Shown here one piece after another: positions 44,591 through 46,342 of a DNA stretch of 46,342 nt. Under the pieces are notes generated by a model that did no database searches, was not told the origin of the DNA, and was given only the letters and a program-made list of their open reading frames with translations. Made by a program: the position numbers and the translations under genes. Origin of the DNA: Candidatus Iainarchaeum sp. Its GTDB lineage: Archaea > Iainarchaeota > Iainarchaeia > Iainarchaeales > DTGL01. Positions within the stretch are counted from its first letter, which is position 1; the number at the start of each line of letters is the position of its first letter. Where the stretch lies: NCBI GenBank assembly GCA_038886995.1, contig JAWALG010000003.1, positions 1-46,342 of the forward strand, read 5' to 3'.

Positions 44591-45763
44591 TTACCAAGGC
44601 AATGGCTTTAGATAGTATAGGAACTCTTCTATTATGCCCTTGCTGCAGCCAAACTTCCTGTGGCCTTCCATGTTTCCGTAAAGCAATGGGTTGTACTCCT
44701 GCAATATGTCAAGTATCTGTGTACAGCTGCATCCGTTTGTCATAGCTAGTGTAAACTCTGACTGTGCTGCAAAGAAGTTTGTCTTGCCTTTCACTGTCTT
44801 TGAAGATAGTGTAGTGAAGTAGCCACCCCAGCTGTAAGCGTCAGTCCACATGAACCTGTTAACTCCGAGGTATCCAGCAGTTCCTATGTACTTGCCGTAT
44901 ATCTTCCATGGGTCTGCTTCTGTTTCACATGACCATTCGCACACTTGATTATCAACTGCGTCATCGCAGTTATCATCTATTCCGTTGCAAGCTTCTTCTG
45001 CGCCTGGGTTCACATCGGGGTTTTCATCGTTGCAGTCTGCAAAGTAGCCATAGCCATCAAGGTCATTATCAGCAAGTTCTTCCTCAGAAAGTGCTTTGTT
45101 CCAAATTCTGACTTCGTCGATGAGGCCTTTGAAAGCCAATGGTCCGCCATTATCAGTTGTTGGCTGTCCGCCTATCCTTACTGATAAATTGTTCTGGTAT
45201 ATGTCAGCAGTAGAAGAAGCAGGTGTTCCTTCTTCAACCCCATTTACAAAGATTCTGACATATTCTTTGTCGTATGTCATTGCAACGTGAATCCAATCAT
45301 TTGTTGCAAGGTTTGTTGTACCCGTAACCACTTTTGCTGCTGCTCCACCAGTTGTGCCGACATTTACCCAGCCCCTCAAAACCCTTCCGTCACTAGTAAC
45401 AACAGTATCCAGACCATACGTTCTGTCACCAAAGTGTCCTTTTCTTAAAATGTTTCTTTGTCCGCTACCAATATCACTTATTTTAACCCAAGCTTCAATT
45501 GTTATATCCTCAGCAATGTCAAGTGTTGGACTATCTAGAACTTCTATGTAATTACCTGCTGTTCCATCAAAATCAACTGCTTTTCCATATTTGCCACTAA
45601 CATAGTTTATAGTTCCTACCTCATTTCCATGGTTATTTCCTGTTGCATCATTCGCGTTGTCTTCGAACTGCCACCAAGCAACAAGCTCTGCTGGTATTGC
45701 TGAAAAAGCCACTGTGCTCAGTAAAAGGCCTATCACTAGAACTCCCAAAATTTTCGTCTTCAT
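44591..45763 (-). CDS. Secreted LamG/concanavalin-like protein with a MopE-like Cys/Asp motif
   Basis: Signal peptide; LVAWWQFE...D.TGNNHG, ITIEAWVK, WIHVAMTYD, FKGLIDEVRIWN; DCNDENPDVNPGAEEACNGIDDNCD; AAGGAGGT SD. Confidence 0.85.
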   Translation of the reverse strand: MKTKILGVLVIGLLLSTVAFSAIPAELVAWWQFEDNANDATGNNHGNEVGTINYVSGKYGKAVDFDGTAGNYIEVLDSPTLDIAEDITIEAWVKISDIGSGQRNILRKGHFGDRTYGLDTVVTSDGRVLRGWVNVGTTGGAAAKVVTGTTNLATNDWIHVAMTYDKEYVRIFVNGVEEGTPASSTADIYQNNLSVRIGGQPTTDNGGPLAFKGLIDEVRIWNKALSEEELADNDLDGYGYFADCNDENPDVNPGAEEACNGIDDNCDDAVDNQVCEWSCETEADPWKIYGKYIGTAGYLGVNRFMWTDAYSWGGYFTTLSSKTVKGKTNFFAAQSEFTLAMTNGCSCTQILDILQEYNPLLYGNMEGHRKFGCSKGIIEEFLYYLKPLPW

Positions 45764-45897
45764 CTTCTATTACCTCCTTTATTTATACATAATTTATGCA
45801 TATTACATTATATTTCTATCAATTAAATTGGCCTAAAAACCAATTTAATCTTAACCTATGACTAGGTTAATATTTCTAATCTAAAGGCATTCTTTTG

Positions 45898-46342
45898 TTA
45901 ATTCTCCGATTTCTTCTCCTTTTTGAAGCAAAGGAACCAGTCAAGGCAGTAAATGTCTGATTGCTTTTTCTCTGTGCGCTCCTTTGCTGCTCCACACGAC
46001 CCAGGCGCAGGAATTATTACATCTTCGCCTGGCTGCCAGTTTGCTGGCGTTGCAATGCCTTCTTTATCTGCTTTCTGCAAAGCAATCAGCAGGCGCTTTA
46101 TCTCTTGCATATTCCTGCCTGCAGACAATGGATAATAAAGTATTGCCCTAACCTTTGCATTATCATCAATTATGAACACTGCTCTTACTGCTTGCGTGCT
46201 TGAAGCATTTGGCTGAATCATGCCATACTTCTTTGCAACCTCCATCTTTATGTCTTCAATCACTGGAAACTTAACCTCAACATTCTTCATGCCTTTATAC
46301 TCAATCTTCTCCTTTATAGTTCTGAGCCAAGCAATATGCGCA
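45898..46342 (-). CDS. Peroxiredoxin (Prx6/archaeal TDXH-like), 5' end outside the window
   Basis: HIAW, FPVIED, VRAVFIID, YYPLSAGRNM.EI.R, ATPANW.PG, C.DWFLC. Confidence 0.92.
   Translation of the reverse strand, partial: AHIAWLRTIKEKIEYKGMKNVEVKFPVIEDIKMEVAKKYGMIQPNASSTQAVRAVFIIDDNAKVRAILYYPLSAGRNMQEIKRLLIALQKADKEGIATPANWQPGEDVIIPAPGSCGAAKERTEKKQSDIYCLDWFLCFKKEKKSEN

Overview
Archaeal chromosomal window. It is most consistent with a DPANN lineage, possibly Ca. Diapherotrites/Iainarchaeota; this is inferred from gene content and divergent ribosomal proteins and was not tested phylogenetically. Most of it is housekeeping: translation (eL15, eS17, the eS19-PDCD5-eL39-eL31-aIF6-eL20-prefoldin-FtsY-SRP54 cluster, aEF1B, ABCE1, pelota), tRNA maturation (TtuA, Elp3, Tyw3, CCA enzyme, Rpp21, ThpR), five tRNAs (one with an intron) and DNA repair (Rad50, HerA, NurA, and a split Hef helicase/XPF nuclease). 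The best candidate for an undescribed system is a dispersed type IV pilus-linked DNA-uptake apparatus. Its parts are a DUF2101-like membrane protein, a membrane-anchored OB-fold protein and a TctA-like permease (5630-7735), four class III signal-peptide pilins (9658-11586), an orphan CpaF/VirB11 ATPase, and a prepilin peptidase appended to the SRP operon. Other oddities: a phased 41-bp tandem repeat at the left edge, head-to-head ABCE1/pelota, a wHTH + CARF-like + membrane nuclease triplet, and a split Hef whose halves each carry a PIP-like motif. All calls come from motif recognition by eye; no searches were run.
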